Of a DNA stretch of 64,000 nucleotides, positions 42,785 through 55,231 are shown in pieces. Every line of letters starts with the position of its first letter. The stretch's first letter is position 1. The position numbers were made by a program, and so were the translations under genes. The notes below the pieces were generated by a model. It did no database searches. It was not told the origin of the DNA and saw only the letters and a list, made by a program, of their open reading frames with translations. The stretch comes from Candidatus Marinacidobacterales bacterium. Its GTDB lineage: Bacteria; Acidobacteriota; Vicinamibacteria; Marinacidobacterales; SMYC01. The stretch lies in the NCBI GenBank assembly GCA_965237955.1, contig OZ250169.1:544001-608000 (forward strand), in the 5' to 3' direction.

Positions 42785-44488
42785 TTGGGCAGGTTCAAGC
42801 GCGCCGAGCCGATTCTGGTCGCGGCGGAACACTGGAAGCGCCGATGCCTCCTCGGTGAGCGATCCTTGTTCACCGACCGATCTCTCTGGACTCGCTCAAA
42901 CTTCCAAGAGCTACAGGAAGTGTACGTGGAGAAACTCGACGATCAGTCTTCGGACTCGTTCCTAGTAAAGTTGAAGCGCCAGCTTGAGCCCAGTTCGCCG
43001 GACGCCAAGTGCCTATGGGCCGAACTGACTTGGGTGTATCGCTTGATCCAGAACCGACAGTCCATGAGACCCGCAAACAAGCGAGCGCGGATCGTCGAGA
43101 TATGGAAGTGGTCGAGGCGAGACTTCCCTGAAGACCATGAGCTCCTGAACGACGCAGTGCTCGGAGCGGGAGTCGTCACCCCGGGCACCGCGTACAACAC
43201 GCTTGCCTGGAAGGAATTTCGCTTCTTCGTGGTCGCCATGCTGGACTGGTCTTCGCTGGAGGTAAACGAGCGCAAATCCCTCCTCGATCGCGCATGGGAC
43301 TTCGCGTCATGGCTGGACGCCACCAAGTTTGCCGAGAATCGCATGTTCCGACATGCGCTCCTGTTCCTGCTCTTCCCTGACGAATTCGAATCGATAGTCT
43401 CCAACCAGGTGAAGAGACAGATCTTCAACCGACTGCATCAAGGCGACCGTCCTGACACCTCCAACGCAGTCGAGCTCGACCGAGCCCTGTTCGCAATCCG
43501 TCGCCGCCTCGAGAACGAGTATCCCGGTGAGGTTCACTTCTACCGGCCCCCGATCAAGGAACTCTGGCAGTCAGGACCGGCACCTCCCGATCCATCAGAT
43601 GACGAAGAGGACCCGAGCGGAACATACAGCCCCGGCGACGCCCACCAAGACCTCTTCATTCCCCCCGACCACTTCAAGCGCCTCCTCACCTCCATCAAGT
43701 TCCGCAAGAACCTCATCCTCCAAGGCCCGCCCGGCACCGGAAAGACCTTCATCGCCCGCCGAATCGCCTGGTGCCTCATCGGCCGCAAGGACTCGGATCC
43801 CATTGAGATGGTCCAGTTCCACCAGTCCTACGCCTACGAAGACTTCGTTCAGGGCTATAGACCCACCGACGAGGGCGGATTCAACCTCAGGGACGGGGTC
43901 TTCCACCGCTTCTGCGAACGCGCGCGGGCCAACCTGAAGACGCCCTACGTCTTCATCATCGACGAGATCAACCGCGGCAACCTCTCCCGGATCTTCGGGG
44001 ACCTACTCATGCTGATCGAGGCCGACAAGCGCGGCGAGGACTACGCCGTCGCGCTGACCTATTCCGACAAACGGTTCCATGTCCCGGCGAACGTCCACAT
44101 CCTCGGCATGATGAACACCGCCGACCGATCGCTCGCCCTGGTCGACTACGCGCTCCGCCGACGATTCGCCTTCGAGACCCTCGAACCGGCCTATGGGAAG
44201 TCGGAGTTCGAAGAGTACCTGAAGCAACGGGGCGCCGATCCACACTTGGTCGCCCGCATCTCCGAGCGAATGGGCACCCTCAACAAGACGATCATAGGCG
44301 ACAAGGAACTCGGTCGCAGCTTCCAGATCGGTCACAGCTACTTCGTTCCCGGCAAAGGTGACGAGCCTTCGGAAGCCTGGTACAAGGACATCGTGGACAC
44401 CCAGATCGCGCCGCTCCTCCGCGCGTACTGGTCCGACTCGCCGCACGACATCGAGAAGGAAGTGGCAAGACTCACCGCCGACGCCTGA
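42785..44488 (+). CDS. mcrB: McrB-family AAA+ GTPase of Type IV restriction
   Basis: GPPGTGKT, QFHQSYAYEDF, IDEINRGN, MNTADRS, ALRRRF. Confidence 0.92.
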   Translation: MGRFKRAEPILVAAEHWKRRCLLGERSLFTDRSLWTRSNFQELQEVYVEKLDDQSSDSFLVKLKRQLEPSSPDAKCLWAELTWVYRLIQNRQSMRPANKRARIVEIWKWSRRDFPEDHELLNDAVLGAGVVTPGTAYNTLAWKEFRFFVVAMLDWSSLEVNERKSLLDRAWDFASWLDATKFAENRMFRHALLFLLFPDEFESIVSNQVKRQIFNRLHQGDRPDTSNAVELDRALFAIRRRLENEYPGEVHFYRPPIKELWQSGPAPPDPSDDEEDPSGTYSPGDAHQDLFIPPDHFKRLLTSIKFRKNLILQGPPGTGKTFIARRIAWCLIGRKDSDPIEMVQFHQSYAYEDFVQGYRPTDEGGFNLRDGVFHRFCERARANLKTPYVFIIDEINRGNLSRIFGDLLMLIEADKRGEDYAVALTYSDKRFHVPANVHILGMMNTADRSLALVDYALRRRFAFETLEPAYGKSEFEEYLKQRGADPHLVARISERMGTLNKTIIGDKELGRSFQIGHSYFVPGKGDEPSEAWYKDIVDTQIAPLLRAYWSDSPHDIEKEVARLTADA

Positions 44489-44491
44489 CCG

Positions 44492-45568
44492 TTGAAGAAC
44501 ATCCCGATCCTGAACGTCTACTACCTCCTCTGCTACGCCTGGGGACGGGTTCAGGAGCGGGACACCGTGCGGCTGGCCTCTCTGGAAGGCCTCTCGACGG
44601 TCCAAGACCTGCTGGGCAAGGTGCTCGCCGGCGGCGTGAACCACCTCTTTCGGCGCGGCATCGATCGCGGGTACGTGGAAAGACGGGAGGATCTCGCCGG
44701 AATCCGGGGAAAGCTGGCGGTCAGCGAGACGGCGAAGCGTGCGCTCCGGTCGCGGGGACGGGCGGCATGCGACTTCGAGGAGCTGTCGATGGACATCCTG
44801 CCGAACCGCATCCTGCGCACTTCGCTGCACGGACTGCGGGACCGGCGTATCAGGCTGGACAGAGATGTCCTGGGCGAGGTGCGTTCCGCGTACAGGAGAC
44901 TTGACGGCGTCTCACGCACCCGGCTGAAGAGAAACACTTTCGGTCAGGTCCAGCTCGGCGGAAACCGGCGGCTCTACCAGTTTCTGCTCTCGGTGTGCAG
45001 GCTCCTGTACGAGAGTTCGGTGGTCGACGAGAACACCGGCCGAACCACCTTCCGCGACTTCCGCCGCGACGAGGCGACCATGTGGGCGCTCTTCGAGGAA
45101 TTCGTCACGGGTTTCTACCAGCGCGAGCAGAGCGTGTATCGGGTGAATCCGGGGGGCCGAAACGTCGCGTGGGCGGACAAAGGCTGGGCGACCGACGAGG
45201 ACCGGGCGCTGATCCCCGTCATGACCGCCGACGTGATCCTCGACTCGCCCAAGTGCCGGATCATCATGGACACGAAGTACTACAAGGACGCTCTGGCGCG
45301 TGGACGCGGTTCGGGCAGCGGCAAGCTGTATTCCGACAACCTGTACCAGCTTCTTGCGTATCTGCGAAATCGCCAGGACACGCAGCCGGACGGTGCGAAG
45401 CACCGAGGCATCCTGCTGTATCCGAAGGTGGACAAGTCCCTGCGTGCCGACATCCGCCTTGAGGGCTTCCGCATTCAGGCCCGTACCGTCGATCTCGATC
45501 AGGACTGGCGCCTGATTCACGATGAGATGCTGGACTCGATCGGGATTGACGGGTCGAGTTCAGGGTAA
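44492..45568 (+). CDS. mcrC: McrC nuclease subunit
   Basis: IPILNVYYLLCYAW, LFEEFV, ADVI...MDTKYY, LYQLLAY, ILLYP; 3 bp after mcrB. Confidence 0.92.
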   Translation: MKNIPILNVYYLLCYAWGRVQERDTVRLASLEGLSTVQDLLGKVLAGGVNHLFRRGIDRGYVERREDLAGIRGKLAVSETAKRALRSRGRAACDFEELSMDILPNRILRTSLHGLRDRRIRLDRDVLGEVRSAYRRLDGVSRTRLKRNTFGQVQLGGNRRLYQFLLSVCRLLYESSVVDENTGRTTFRDFRRDEATMWALFEEFVTGFYQREQSVYRVNPGGRNVAWADKGWATDEDRALIPVMTADVILDSPKCRIIMDTKYYKDALARGRGSGSGKLYSDNLYQLLAYLRNRQDTQPDGAKHRGILLYPKVDKSLRADIRLEGFRIQARTVDLDQDWRLIHDEMLDSIGIDGSSSG

Positions 45569-45790
45569 CGTATCTTCTCTTCGGCCGCACGGTAGCCAAG
45601 CCCTGATCGCTCGGTGCGGAAGTTTTTTAAGAGGTGATCCTGCCCTTGACTCAAGTAGAGGCGTACGGCAGGAGCGGGCTCGGAGGCAGGCAGGCCGGGG
45701 GCTGATGCACCGCACCACCTGTGCTCCGCAATAAGTCGATCCAGCGGTACGCGATCTTCTTTTTTGCGGACCACAGGCGGAATCGCAACT

Positions 45791-46957
45791 CTAGATGGAT
45801 CCTCCGGTCCACTCGTTCGAGCTGTTGTAATACGGACATCGCTCTCGATTCGTCGCCTGCGCCAATACGTCGAAAACCGGTTGCCAGACACCCGCGCTCG
45901 GCTTGTGACAGTCCGCTTCCTCCAACCAGAGGCCTGGCAGCACCAACACGTCACGGTCGAGTGCCGTTCTCAACTCATGTGAGAAGGCCGACCGGTCTCC
46001 GAATTCGATGTGGCGTCCCCTGGCACCAATCACCGTTAGATGCACCGAATATGGAGGCGGAAGCCCGAACTTACGGATGGTCGAAATGTATTGATCAAGT
46101 CTGGAATTCAAGCTCCGCAGCATATGCAGACCAGGCAGCTCATTGCGATCACCGTAGCATGCCACTCCTTCTATAGTTCCGTTGCGAAATACCTGCACAT
46201 AGCTTTGAGAACGAATGTGTGGCCCGCTCGGATACTCCACCACCCAACCATCGAGGTTGAAGCGTTCGTTCCCGCCACCGCCGAGTGGTAGCACGGCACC
46301 CTTCGCCAACTGAAGATCGATATCGTTTCTTGACAGGCTCGCAATTGGTACGACGTGGAGAACCATCGCCGGCCCAGGCACTAATGGGATGGTCGCGTGC
46401 TCTGTCTGCATTTCTTGCGTTCGTTTACGGCAGAAGGTTGCCACTCGCTCGGCGACTGACTGGGACATAAGGACCGCCTCGCGGACTTGGAGTGCATTCA
46501 TCTCGAAGTTACCTTGATTAGCGCGTGCCCAAAAGCGGAACTCGTCCTTTACCATGTGCGGTCCCACCCAGCTTTTCTGAACACGAACCACGAGCACAGG
46601 ACCGTCGGGATATCCATCGATCTGACGGAGTTGCACGTAAACACGCGGCTCGATGCCCGTGCGAACCCACTGCTCAAGCTTAATTATTAGAGACTCGTCA
46701 AGGTCCCTCACGCCCAGAATTCTTGTGGCTCGCCCGGTGTGTTTGCTCCCCGAATTACGTTCTTCCTCAATACCGAACACTAGATCGCCGCCGTTGGTGT
46801 TCGCGAAGGCGGCCACGTCCTTCAGGAATCCGATGCGCCTGTCAGGCCCCTCCGGAAGCTCTCGTTTGTAATCAAGCTCGCGGTTCTCCGAAATCCCGTC
46901 AGCGAGCAAGGCGTCGATGTGGCTCTTCGTGATGTCGCTGATCGCGTACGGCAGCAT
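45791..46957 (-). CDS. AlbA_2/Schlafen-domain protein
   Basis: ENRELDYKREL, KDVAAFANTNGGDLVFGIEE, PHMV. Confidence 0.85.
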   Translation of the reverse strand: MLPYAISDITKSHIDALLADGISENRELDYKRELPEGPDRRIGFLKDVAAFANTNGGDLVFGIEEERNSGSKHTGRATRILGVRDLDESLIIKLEQWVRTGIEPRVYVQLRQIDGYPDGPVLVVRVQKSWVGPHMVKDEFRFWARANQGNFEMNALQVREAVLMSQSVAERVATFCRKRTQEMQTEHATIPLVPGPAMVLHVVPIASLSRNDIDLQLAKGAVLPLGGGGNERFNLDGWVVEYPSGPHIRSQSYVQVFRNGTIEGVACYGDRNELPGLHMLRSLNSRLDQYISTIRKFGLPPPYSVHLTVIGARGRHIEFGDRSAFSHELRTALDRDVLVLPGLWLEEADCHKPSAGVWQPVFDVLAQATNRERCPYYNSSNEWTGGSI

Positions 46958-47227
46958 TCAACATTTACTCATTGAAGGTCCGGCGGCATCAGGTCGGAGT
47001 CGTAGAGGTGGTCGGCCAGCAGTGCGCCGAGATGGGCGTCGCCTGCCCTCTGGTGGATGTCAGCTAAGATCCATTGAAAGGGTCTTCGACCTTTTATGTG
47101 TGCAACCCAATCGAAGCACACGAGAGTTCCAAACAGGAAATGAGCGTCGTTGTCGAGTTGCCCCTTGAACATGTAGATGGAACGACCCTGAAACATGTAC
47201 TGGTGACGAACGTTCTGCTCCCTCCAG

Positions 47228-47347
47228 GGTACTGTCAAGTTGAGGTCTCGAGTTTGGAGCGGGCCGCTAGATAATGGGGCTCGAGCACACCGCGTTGCCA
47301 ACATCTTGGGGTCGGATCGGCCCTGAATGCCTCAACTTGACAGTACC
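47228..47347. mobile_element. 120-bp IS6-type MITE
   Basis: Perfect 18-bp inverted repeats GGTACTGTCAAGTTGAGG; partial related copy at about 59389-59429. Confidence 0.7.
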
Positions 47348-47561
47348 GTCCTACATCTTCAACGAGCACGGCGTCGGCTATCGCATGCCGGACCCCGACG
47401 AGCGGTAGGCGCCGTTGCCCCATCGGCGGCGAGGAAGGGCCATGGCCATCGCACGCTGTGCTCCGCAAAAAGTCTATCCAGCGTTGATTGCCCACCGTCC
47501 ACGCCGCGCCAACTGCTCGCTTGTAACGTTGCCCGTGGATCAAGTTTTGGCACAGGACGGG

Positions 47562-48490
47562 CTCGTGTCCGCAGACGAGCGCTGTGCTGACCGCGCAAAG
47601 AACTGCAAGCACGTGTGGGCGGCGGGATTGCGTCGCCCCTTCTCGGTGAGCACGCCGCAGTAGTGGTTGTCGAAGTCGACGAAGCGGTCGGTGAGTGTGA
47701 CCAGCGCCCCAGTGTCGAGGTGCCGGTCGATGAAATGCCGCCATCCCAACGCGATCCCATGCCCGGCGGCGGCTGCTTCCAGCACGTAGGCGTACTGGTC
47801 GAGGCCGATGGTGCGGGGCCTGCGCGCCGGACGTCCGGCGGCCGCGAACCAGTCGTCCCAGGACGCCCAGCCTTCGTTGGGCCGTGTGAGATCGAGGAAG
47901 GTGAGCCCCCCCCAGCCACTGACGGGTCCGTTGAGGACGTCCGCGTGGGTGGCGGCATAGCCGGGCGAGCAGAGCGGCTGCACCGCTTCGCCATGGATCA
48001 CCACGCGGTCTTCGGCCCCGATGGTCGCCTCCCAGCCCAGCACCATGTCGGCGGCCGGCTCGCGCGGCAGGTTCTGCCGTTCGTAGTGGTAGGTCAGGAT
48101 CCGGATCTCGACCTGCGCGTCGAGCACGGCGCGTAATGCGCCATATCGCGGCAACAAGAAGAAGTGCGAGGCCTCGTGCGAGCAGGCGATCACGACCTGT
48201 TCTCCGCTCGTCCATGCGATCTCGGCGACCGCCGCCCGGATGATGCCCAGCCCGGCGCTGATGTCGTCATGGAAGCGTCGTCCGGCCGCGGTTAGGGTCA
48301 CCCCGGTCCGGGATCGTTCGAACAGCTGGGCCGCCAGGTGCTTTTCGAGGTTCGCCACCTTGCGGGTGATGGCGGGCTGCGAGGTCCCCAGTTCCTTGGC
48401 CGCCCGGGACAGGCTGCCGAGCCGGCCCGCGCTTTCGAAGGCGATCAGGGCTCCGGCCCCTGGAATTCCGGACGGCTTGTTTCCTAACAT
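47562..48490 (-). CDS. LysR-family regulator (GcvA-like), last codons replaced by an element end
   Basis: AFESAGRLGSLSRAAKELGTSQPAIT..LE..LF.R; AAAAGHGIALGW. Confidence 0.85.
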
Positions 48491-48978
48491 ATCAGTTAAG
48501 ACATATTGTTATGACAATACAAGTATACCAATAAACATTGAATTGTCACGATGATAGGTATGTAGTATCAGGCTAGCGTGTCGATACATATTATGATATA
48601 TGTCTCTCAGACATGGGGGTGCTTGTGCTGTTGACTGTTGGTGATGTGTACGCATCCCTTTGCAAAAAGAGGCTGTCCATCATCATTATTAGTCCGGGAC
48701 TGGATCTAGGCCCGGACCGCCCTCAAGCCCATGCTGGAGAGCGTGGTCAGCGCGCGAGGGAAGGTGCTGAGGACGAACTTCTCGGCGACCAGCCGAGTAA
48801 CGCGAGCGACCAAGCTGACTCAGGCTGCCTCTCGCCACTCGTATCGGTGGTGCAGTCCACCGACTCGCGGCAGTGCGACGACTTTCGCCGTAGGAAACGG
48901 TCGGTGCGTGACCGCTCTCAAGCTCGGTGTGTCCTTGTTCAGCCCCAAGTGGCAACGGTCCTCGTGATAGTAGCTGAT

Positions 48979-49150
48979 TTATGCCGAGTACCGGATTATG
49001 CCGCGTAGGGGTGGTGCGCGTTGGATCGATGCACGGTTGGCGCGGGTTTTGCGCGGTTGAAGGCATTCTCTACGCGGCATAATCAAAGGCTCTCCAAGAA
49101 GGCGAGTAGCTGGTCCTGAGGGCGGAAGCGTCCAGGCCTTGTATTGGGCA
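48979..49150 (-). mobile_element. RIT-type tyrosine-recombinase element end remnant
   Basis: Peptide tail PGRFRPQDQLLAFLESL*; perfect 15-bp inverted repeat GATTATGCCGCGTAG (48994-49008 / 49070-49084) plus a third TTATGCCG at 48979. Confidence 0.55.
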
Positions 49151-49477
49151 GAGCGGTCTTTGCGAGCGCACGTGCCCGCTTTAGCTCACGGTTCTCTCGC
49201 TCAAGCTCCTTCAGCCGCTGACGCTCGCCCGTCGTCAGTCCCGCTCGTTTCCCAGCATCACGCTCTGCTCGCCGCACCCACGTGCGTAGCGTTTCCCGCG
49301 TACAGTCAATCTTCGACGCAATCGATGAGATCGCTGACCACTGAGATTCGTGCTGAGCCTGCTGGTCGAAAACCATCCGTACTGCGCGCTCTTTCATCTC
49401 CGGTGAATACCTGCTTCGTCTTGTCATGACTCCATCCTCTCAAGAGTTGGAGTCTCTGGAAAACCCGGGGCGGTTCA
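49151..49477 (-). mobile_element. IS3-family left end plus orfA, truncated
   Basis: TGAACCGCCCCGGGTTTTCC; MTRRSRYSPEMKERAVRMV...LKELERENRELKRA. Confidence 0.85.
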
Positions 49478-49837
49478 GTCCAGAATCTAGGCCAGGCTAC
49501 CACAGCGTAGCGGGCTAGCACGTTCTGGCCCAGGTGGGCCTGGGCCTCCTTGATGCCCTTACTTGCCTGGTGCTTCCGCCATTAAATGTTGGTGAGATGA
49601 CGCTAAGACTTTACAGTGCATTAAATTACGGCCAAAATAGCGCTCGTGACCTTCGCTGCGCGCTAAATGGAGCGTAAGCGTTTCTTTTGCAAAGGGATGC
49701 GTACACATCACCAACAGTAAACAGCGTAAGCACCGCGGTAACCACAACACGCCTATGCTCCATCCGCACGATGGCCGACGCGCGGGTCGGCCCCGTCCTA
49801 GCAAGTGCCGGTCATTATCGGCTACGCTGATGCGCCC

Positions 49838-51168
49838 ATGACGCCGTACGAATTCATCGCCAAGTGGCGCGCCTCGGCACTCAAGGAGCGCTCGGCGTCG
49901 CAGGAGCACTTCATCGACCTGTGCCACCTGCTCGGCGAGCCGACGCCCGCCGAGGCCGACCCGACCGGCGAGACGTACTGCTTCGAGCGCGGCGCGCGCA
50001 AGGACACCGGCGGCGACGGCTGGGCCGATGTCTGGAAGCGCCACCACTTCGCCTGGGAGTACAAGGGCAAGCGGGCCGACCTCGACGCCGCATTCGGACA
50101 GCTGCGGCTCTACGCCCTGGCGCTGGAGAACCCGCCGCTGCTGATCGTCTCCGACATGCTGCGGTTCCGCATCCGCACCAACTGGACTAACAGCGTCAGC
50201 AAGACCTACGAGTTCGGACTGGACGACCTGGCCGACGCCGCGACACGTGACAGGCTCAAGTGGGCGTTCTCGGACCCTGAACGGCTACGGCCGGGCGAGA
50301 CGCGACAATCGCTCACCCAACAGGCGGCGCAGTCTTTCGCGGCGGTCGCGCAGTCGCTGCGGGAACGCGGCCACGACCCGCACGCGGTCGCGCACTTCGT
50401 CAACCGGCTCGTCTTCTGCATGTTCGCCGACGACGTGGGCCTGCTGCCCGGCCACATGTTCACCCGAATGCTGGAGCAGGCGCGGCGCACGCCAGCGCAC
50501 TTCGCCGACCTTGCCGACGATCTGTTCCGGGTGATGGCTCGCGGCGGCCGGGTCGGTTTCGAGACGGTCGACTGGTTCAACGGCGGACTGTTCGACGACG
50601 CCACAGCGCTGCCGCTGGAGAGGTCCGACATCGACACCGTGTTGGCCGCATCGCGCCTCGACTGGTCGGAGATCGATCCATCGATCCTCGGCACGCTGTT
50701 CGAGCGTGGACTCGATCCGGGCAAGCGCGCCCAGCTCGGGGCGCATTACACGGACCGCGACAAGATCATGCTGCTCGTCGAGCCGGTCGTGATCCGGCCG
50801 TGGCTCGCCGAGTGGGCCACGGAGAAAGCAGAGATCGCCGCCGAGTTGGAGCGAGCGGAAGCCACCAAGTCAACGGCCGCTCGTACCAAGCGTCGGAACG
50901 AGGCCGAGCGGCGGTACCGGGCGTTTCTCAACCGGCTGCGTGCGTTCACGGTGCTCGACCCGGCCTGCGGCTCAGGCAACTTCCTGTATCTCGCCTTGCA
51001 GGCCCTCAAGGACCTGGAGCACCGGGTGCAGTTCGAGGCGGAGGTTCTCGGCTTCCAGCGGGCGTTTCCGGAGATCGGCCCGGCCAACGTCAAGGGCATC
51101 GAGATCAATCCCTATGCCGCCGAATTGGCTCGCGTTTCCGTCTGGATCGGCGAGATCCAGTGGATGCG
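49838..51168 (+). pseudogene. MmeI-like Type IIL restriction-methylase, 3'-truncated
   Basis: WADVWK..WEYK, FNGGLF, LGAHYT, VLDPACGSGNFL; ends before NPPF and the specificity domain. Confidence 0.85.
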
Positions 51169-51422
51169 GCCGCTAAACGCTTCTTTCGTAAGCTGCTGAA
51201 GAGGCAGGGCCGGCCACCCTGGCGGCTCGTCACCGACAAGCTGAGAAGCTACAGCGCCGCTCACCGCGAGGTCATGCCATCCGTCGTCCACTGCACCGAC
51301 CAGCACCAAAACAATAGAGCCGAGGTCTCGCACGAGCCGACGCGGCAACGTGAACGGCAAATGCGACGGTTCAAATCTCCGGGTCAAGCCCAGCGATTCT
51401 TGTCCGTTCATGGACTTGTCCG
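51169..51422 (+). pseudogene. IS6-family transposase fragment
   Basis: AAKRFFRKLLK..LVTDKLRSY..NNRAEVSH.PTR.RERQM..FKS. Confidence 0.85.
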
Positions 51423-51716
51423 GCAGCGCAAACAGCGAGCGGATCGACTGGGAATTTTTCACTCGGTTAGCCTATCCTAAAAATGGACCACTTTTCAGCA
51501 CCTGATGAAGTACTGGATACCTTTTCCACACAATGAGTTACACTGTTTTTCCGTCAGAACTTACCCACACGAATCCGCGTAGACCCAATAAATAGAAGCC
51601 ACAACCTCCCCGAGATCGCCTGGGAGACGGAAGTCTGGGTTGCGGACGCTCCGGAGCACCTTATCCATTTCAACGGTGAGCGCTTCCTGGGACCGTACGA
51701 GAGCGCGGGGGAAGAC

Positions 51717-52625
51717 CTAGCGGCGGATTCTGATCCGCGGCCCTGTAACAGGGAGCCGTAGTTCCCCGTCCCCGCGCCGATCGCAGTGCGCGGCGACGGC
51801 GATTTCGTAGATCTCTCGCGAGGGAGCGGTCGCCCCATCTGCGAAGACCAAGGCACTCCCGTCAGGGCTGATGCGAGCGTTGCCGAGAACCTCCCGCTGC
51901 CGCGTATCGCGCACCTTGAACGGTACATTGGCGAACAACCCGTTGTCGAAGACCACGGTTACGGCCTTGTACAGGTCGGTCCGCGTGTCGGTGCCGTGGG
52001 TGCGCACCGAGACCAGCCTGGGCTCCGGCCTCCATTCCAGGAGGGCGTCTCTGTCCGGGTGTACCGAAAGCACGCACGAGTGGCTGGCTGTGTTGTGGGC
52101 CGAGCCGAGCGAGAGCGCACCGATCTGGTTGAGGAAGTCGAGCACATGGCGTGTGCCGAGCACCATCTGCTCACCCTGCCTGAACCACTTGAGGACCACA
52201 CATTTCCGTGCTTGCTCCGCGCTCGCGATCCCGTTGTTGTGGAGGAGGTCGTTGCGGATGTGCCGGAGATCTCCAAAGGCGTCCATCTCGGGGCGGATGG
52301 CATCGCCCGCTGTGATGGACGCCTGTAGGTTATTGCGATAGCGATTCTCCCAGAGTGCATAGGTTTCGGCGATCCATCCCGTGTACGCCATCCGGGCCGC
52401 GGCACCGTTCGGACCATACAGATCGTCGTCGGGAACCTGGATGATGGCAGGAAAGAGGCACAGCGACAGCCCTGGAAACGCTATGGGGTGCGCTACTCCG
52501 GGGGCCACGTGGTGCTTACGGCGATTCGTTGCACCGCTCGACAGCAGGAATAGCAGCATGACCGCTGCTTGGAGGACATCGTAGAGCAGCGCGTCTAGCA
52601 CGCGAGCCGGGTGCGAGTCGTTCAT
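51717..52625 (-). CDS. Hypothetical protein with HEPN-like motif (start uncertain)
   Basis: [16 protein letters not shown] (RxxxxH); in frame with the upstream AlbA fragment. Confidence 0.5.
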   Translation of the reverse strand: MNDSHPARVLDALLYDVLQAAVMLLFLLSSGATNRRKHHVAPGVAHPIAFPGLSLCLFPAIIQVPDDDLYGPNGAAARMAYTGWIAETYALWENRYRNNLQASITAGDAIRPEMDAFGDLRHIRNDLLHNNGIASAEQARKCVVLKWFRQGEQMVLGTRHVLDFLNQIGALSLGSAHNTASHSCVLSVHPDRDALLEWRPEPRLVSVRTHGTDTRTDLYKAVTVVFDNGLFANVPFKVRDTRQREVLGNARISPDGSALVFADGATAPSREIYEIAVAAHCDRRGDGELRLPVTGPRIRIRR

Positions 52626-52696
52626 CGGTTCGGTGGAGCGCAGGCGGGACACGCGGGCACTCCACCGAAGGATTCTACCACCCGGTCTCAGAAGCT

Positions 52697-53396
52697 TGAA
52701 GCGTTCGTTCCCGCGACCTCGGAGTGGTAGCACGGCACCCTTCGCCAACTGAAGATCGATATCGTTTCTTGACAGGCCCGCAATTGGCACGACGTGGAGA
52801 ACCATAGCCGGCCCAGGCACTAATGGAATGGTCGCGTGCTCCGTCTGCATTTCCTGCGTTCGTTTACGGCAGAAGGTTGTCACTTGCTCGGCGACTGACT
52901 GGGACCTAAGGACGGCCTCGCGAACCTGGAGTGCATTCATCTCGAAGTTGCCTTGATTACCGCGTGACCAAAAGCGGAACTCGTCCTTTACCATGTGCGG
53001 TCCCACCCAGCTTTTCTGAACACGAACCACGAGCACGGGACCATCGGGATATCCATCGATCTGACGGAGTTGCACGTAAACACGCGGCTCGATGCCGGTG
53101 CGAATCCACTGCTCAAGCTTGATTTTTCGAGCGTCGTCAAGGTCCTTCACGCCCAGAATTCTGGCGGCTCGCCCGGTGTGTTTGCTCTCCGAATTGCGTT
53201 CTTCCTCAATACCGAACACCAGATCGCCGCCGTTGGTGTTTGCGAAGGCGGCCACGTCCTTCAGGAATCCGATGCGCCTGTCAGGCCCCTCCGGAAGCTC
53301 GCGTTTGTAATCAAGCTCGCGGTTCTCCGAAATCCCGTCAGCGAGCAAGGCGTTGATGTGGCTCTTCGTGATGTCGCTGATCGCGTACGGCAGCAT
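52697..53396 (-). pseudogene. Second AlbA_2 gene copy, truncated
   Basis: Closely similar to 46258-46957, including about 45 bp upstream; diverges after GNERF. Confidence 0.85.
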
Positions 53397-53460
53397 TCAA
53401 CATTTACTCATTGAAGGTCCGGCGGCATCAGGTCGGGGTCGTAGACGTCTAAGCTGCTGA

Positions 53461-54411
<951 letters not shown>

Positions 54412-54574
54412 TAACACCCTCGGGACAGACAATTGTAAAGCCTACGGCCCTTGGCCCCGGCGCAAACACAGACACTAAGTTACTGATTTATAGCCTTTTA
54501 AAAAGGGCCGAGTTTTGGCACAGGACGGGATCTGTGTTAGGTTGCAATTTGCAACCTATTCATCTAAGGACTGC

Positions 54575-55228
54575 ATGAATTTGCAACTTACGGTCGAGGC
54601 CCTCCGAATGGAAGCGGCCACCTTTGCAGAGGTGGAATCCGCCCATGATGAACCGAGTCTATATGGCATCACCGACGGCAAGGCGGTAGGCACGTATTTG
54701 GAGCACAAGTTCCAGGAACTACTCAACACGAAGTACACCTACAACCGGGGCAGTTCAGCGAAAGGAATAGACTTTCCTGGTCTCAAAGTGGATCTGAAAG
54801 TCACGAGCATCAGGCAGCCTCAATCATCCTCCCCATTTAAGTCCGCCCGACAGAAGGTGCGAGGACTCGGATATTCACTGCTCGTCTTCGTCTACCAGAA
54901 GACGGACGACGATGTGAAACGGGCAGCGAAGCTCCAGATCCTCCACACCATCTTCGTCGACGCTTCGCGCACTGCTGACTACCAAACTACGCGGGGCATC
55001 CGAGAGATCCTTGAGCGTGAAGGCAATTCAGATGACCTAATCGCGTTCATGGGCGACCGGAACCTCCCCATGGACGATGTCGAGGCTACGCAACTCGCAG
55101 AGGAAGTGCTGAAGAACCCGCCGGAGCTGGGGTACTTGACGATTTCAAATGCTCTTCAATGGCGGCTTCAGTATAAGCGAGTCATTGAGAAGGCGGGTAC
55201 GATCGACGGAATCCTCCGAGTAAGCTAG
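54575..55228 (+). CDS. Type II restriction endonuclease
   Basis: GTYLEHKF...GIDFP..VDLKVTS (PD-D/ExK); directly upstream of a methylase. Confidence 0.75.
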   Translation: MNLQLTVEALRMEAATFAEVESAHDEPSLYGITDGKAVGTYLEHKFQELLNTKYTYNRGSSAKGIDFPGLKVDLKVTSIRQPQSSSPFKSARQKVRGLGYSLLVFVYQKTDDDVKRAAKLQILHTIFVDASRTADYQTTRGIREILEREGNSDDLIAFMGDRNLPMDDVEATQLAEEVLKNPPELGYLTISNALQWRLQYKRVIEKAGTIDGILRVS

Positions 55229-55231
55229 AGC

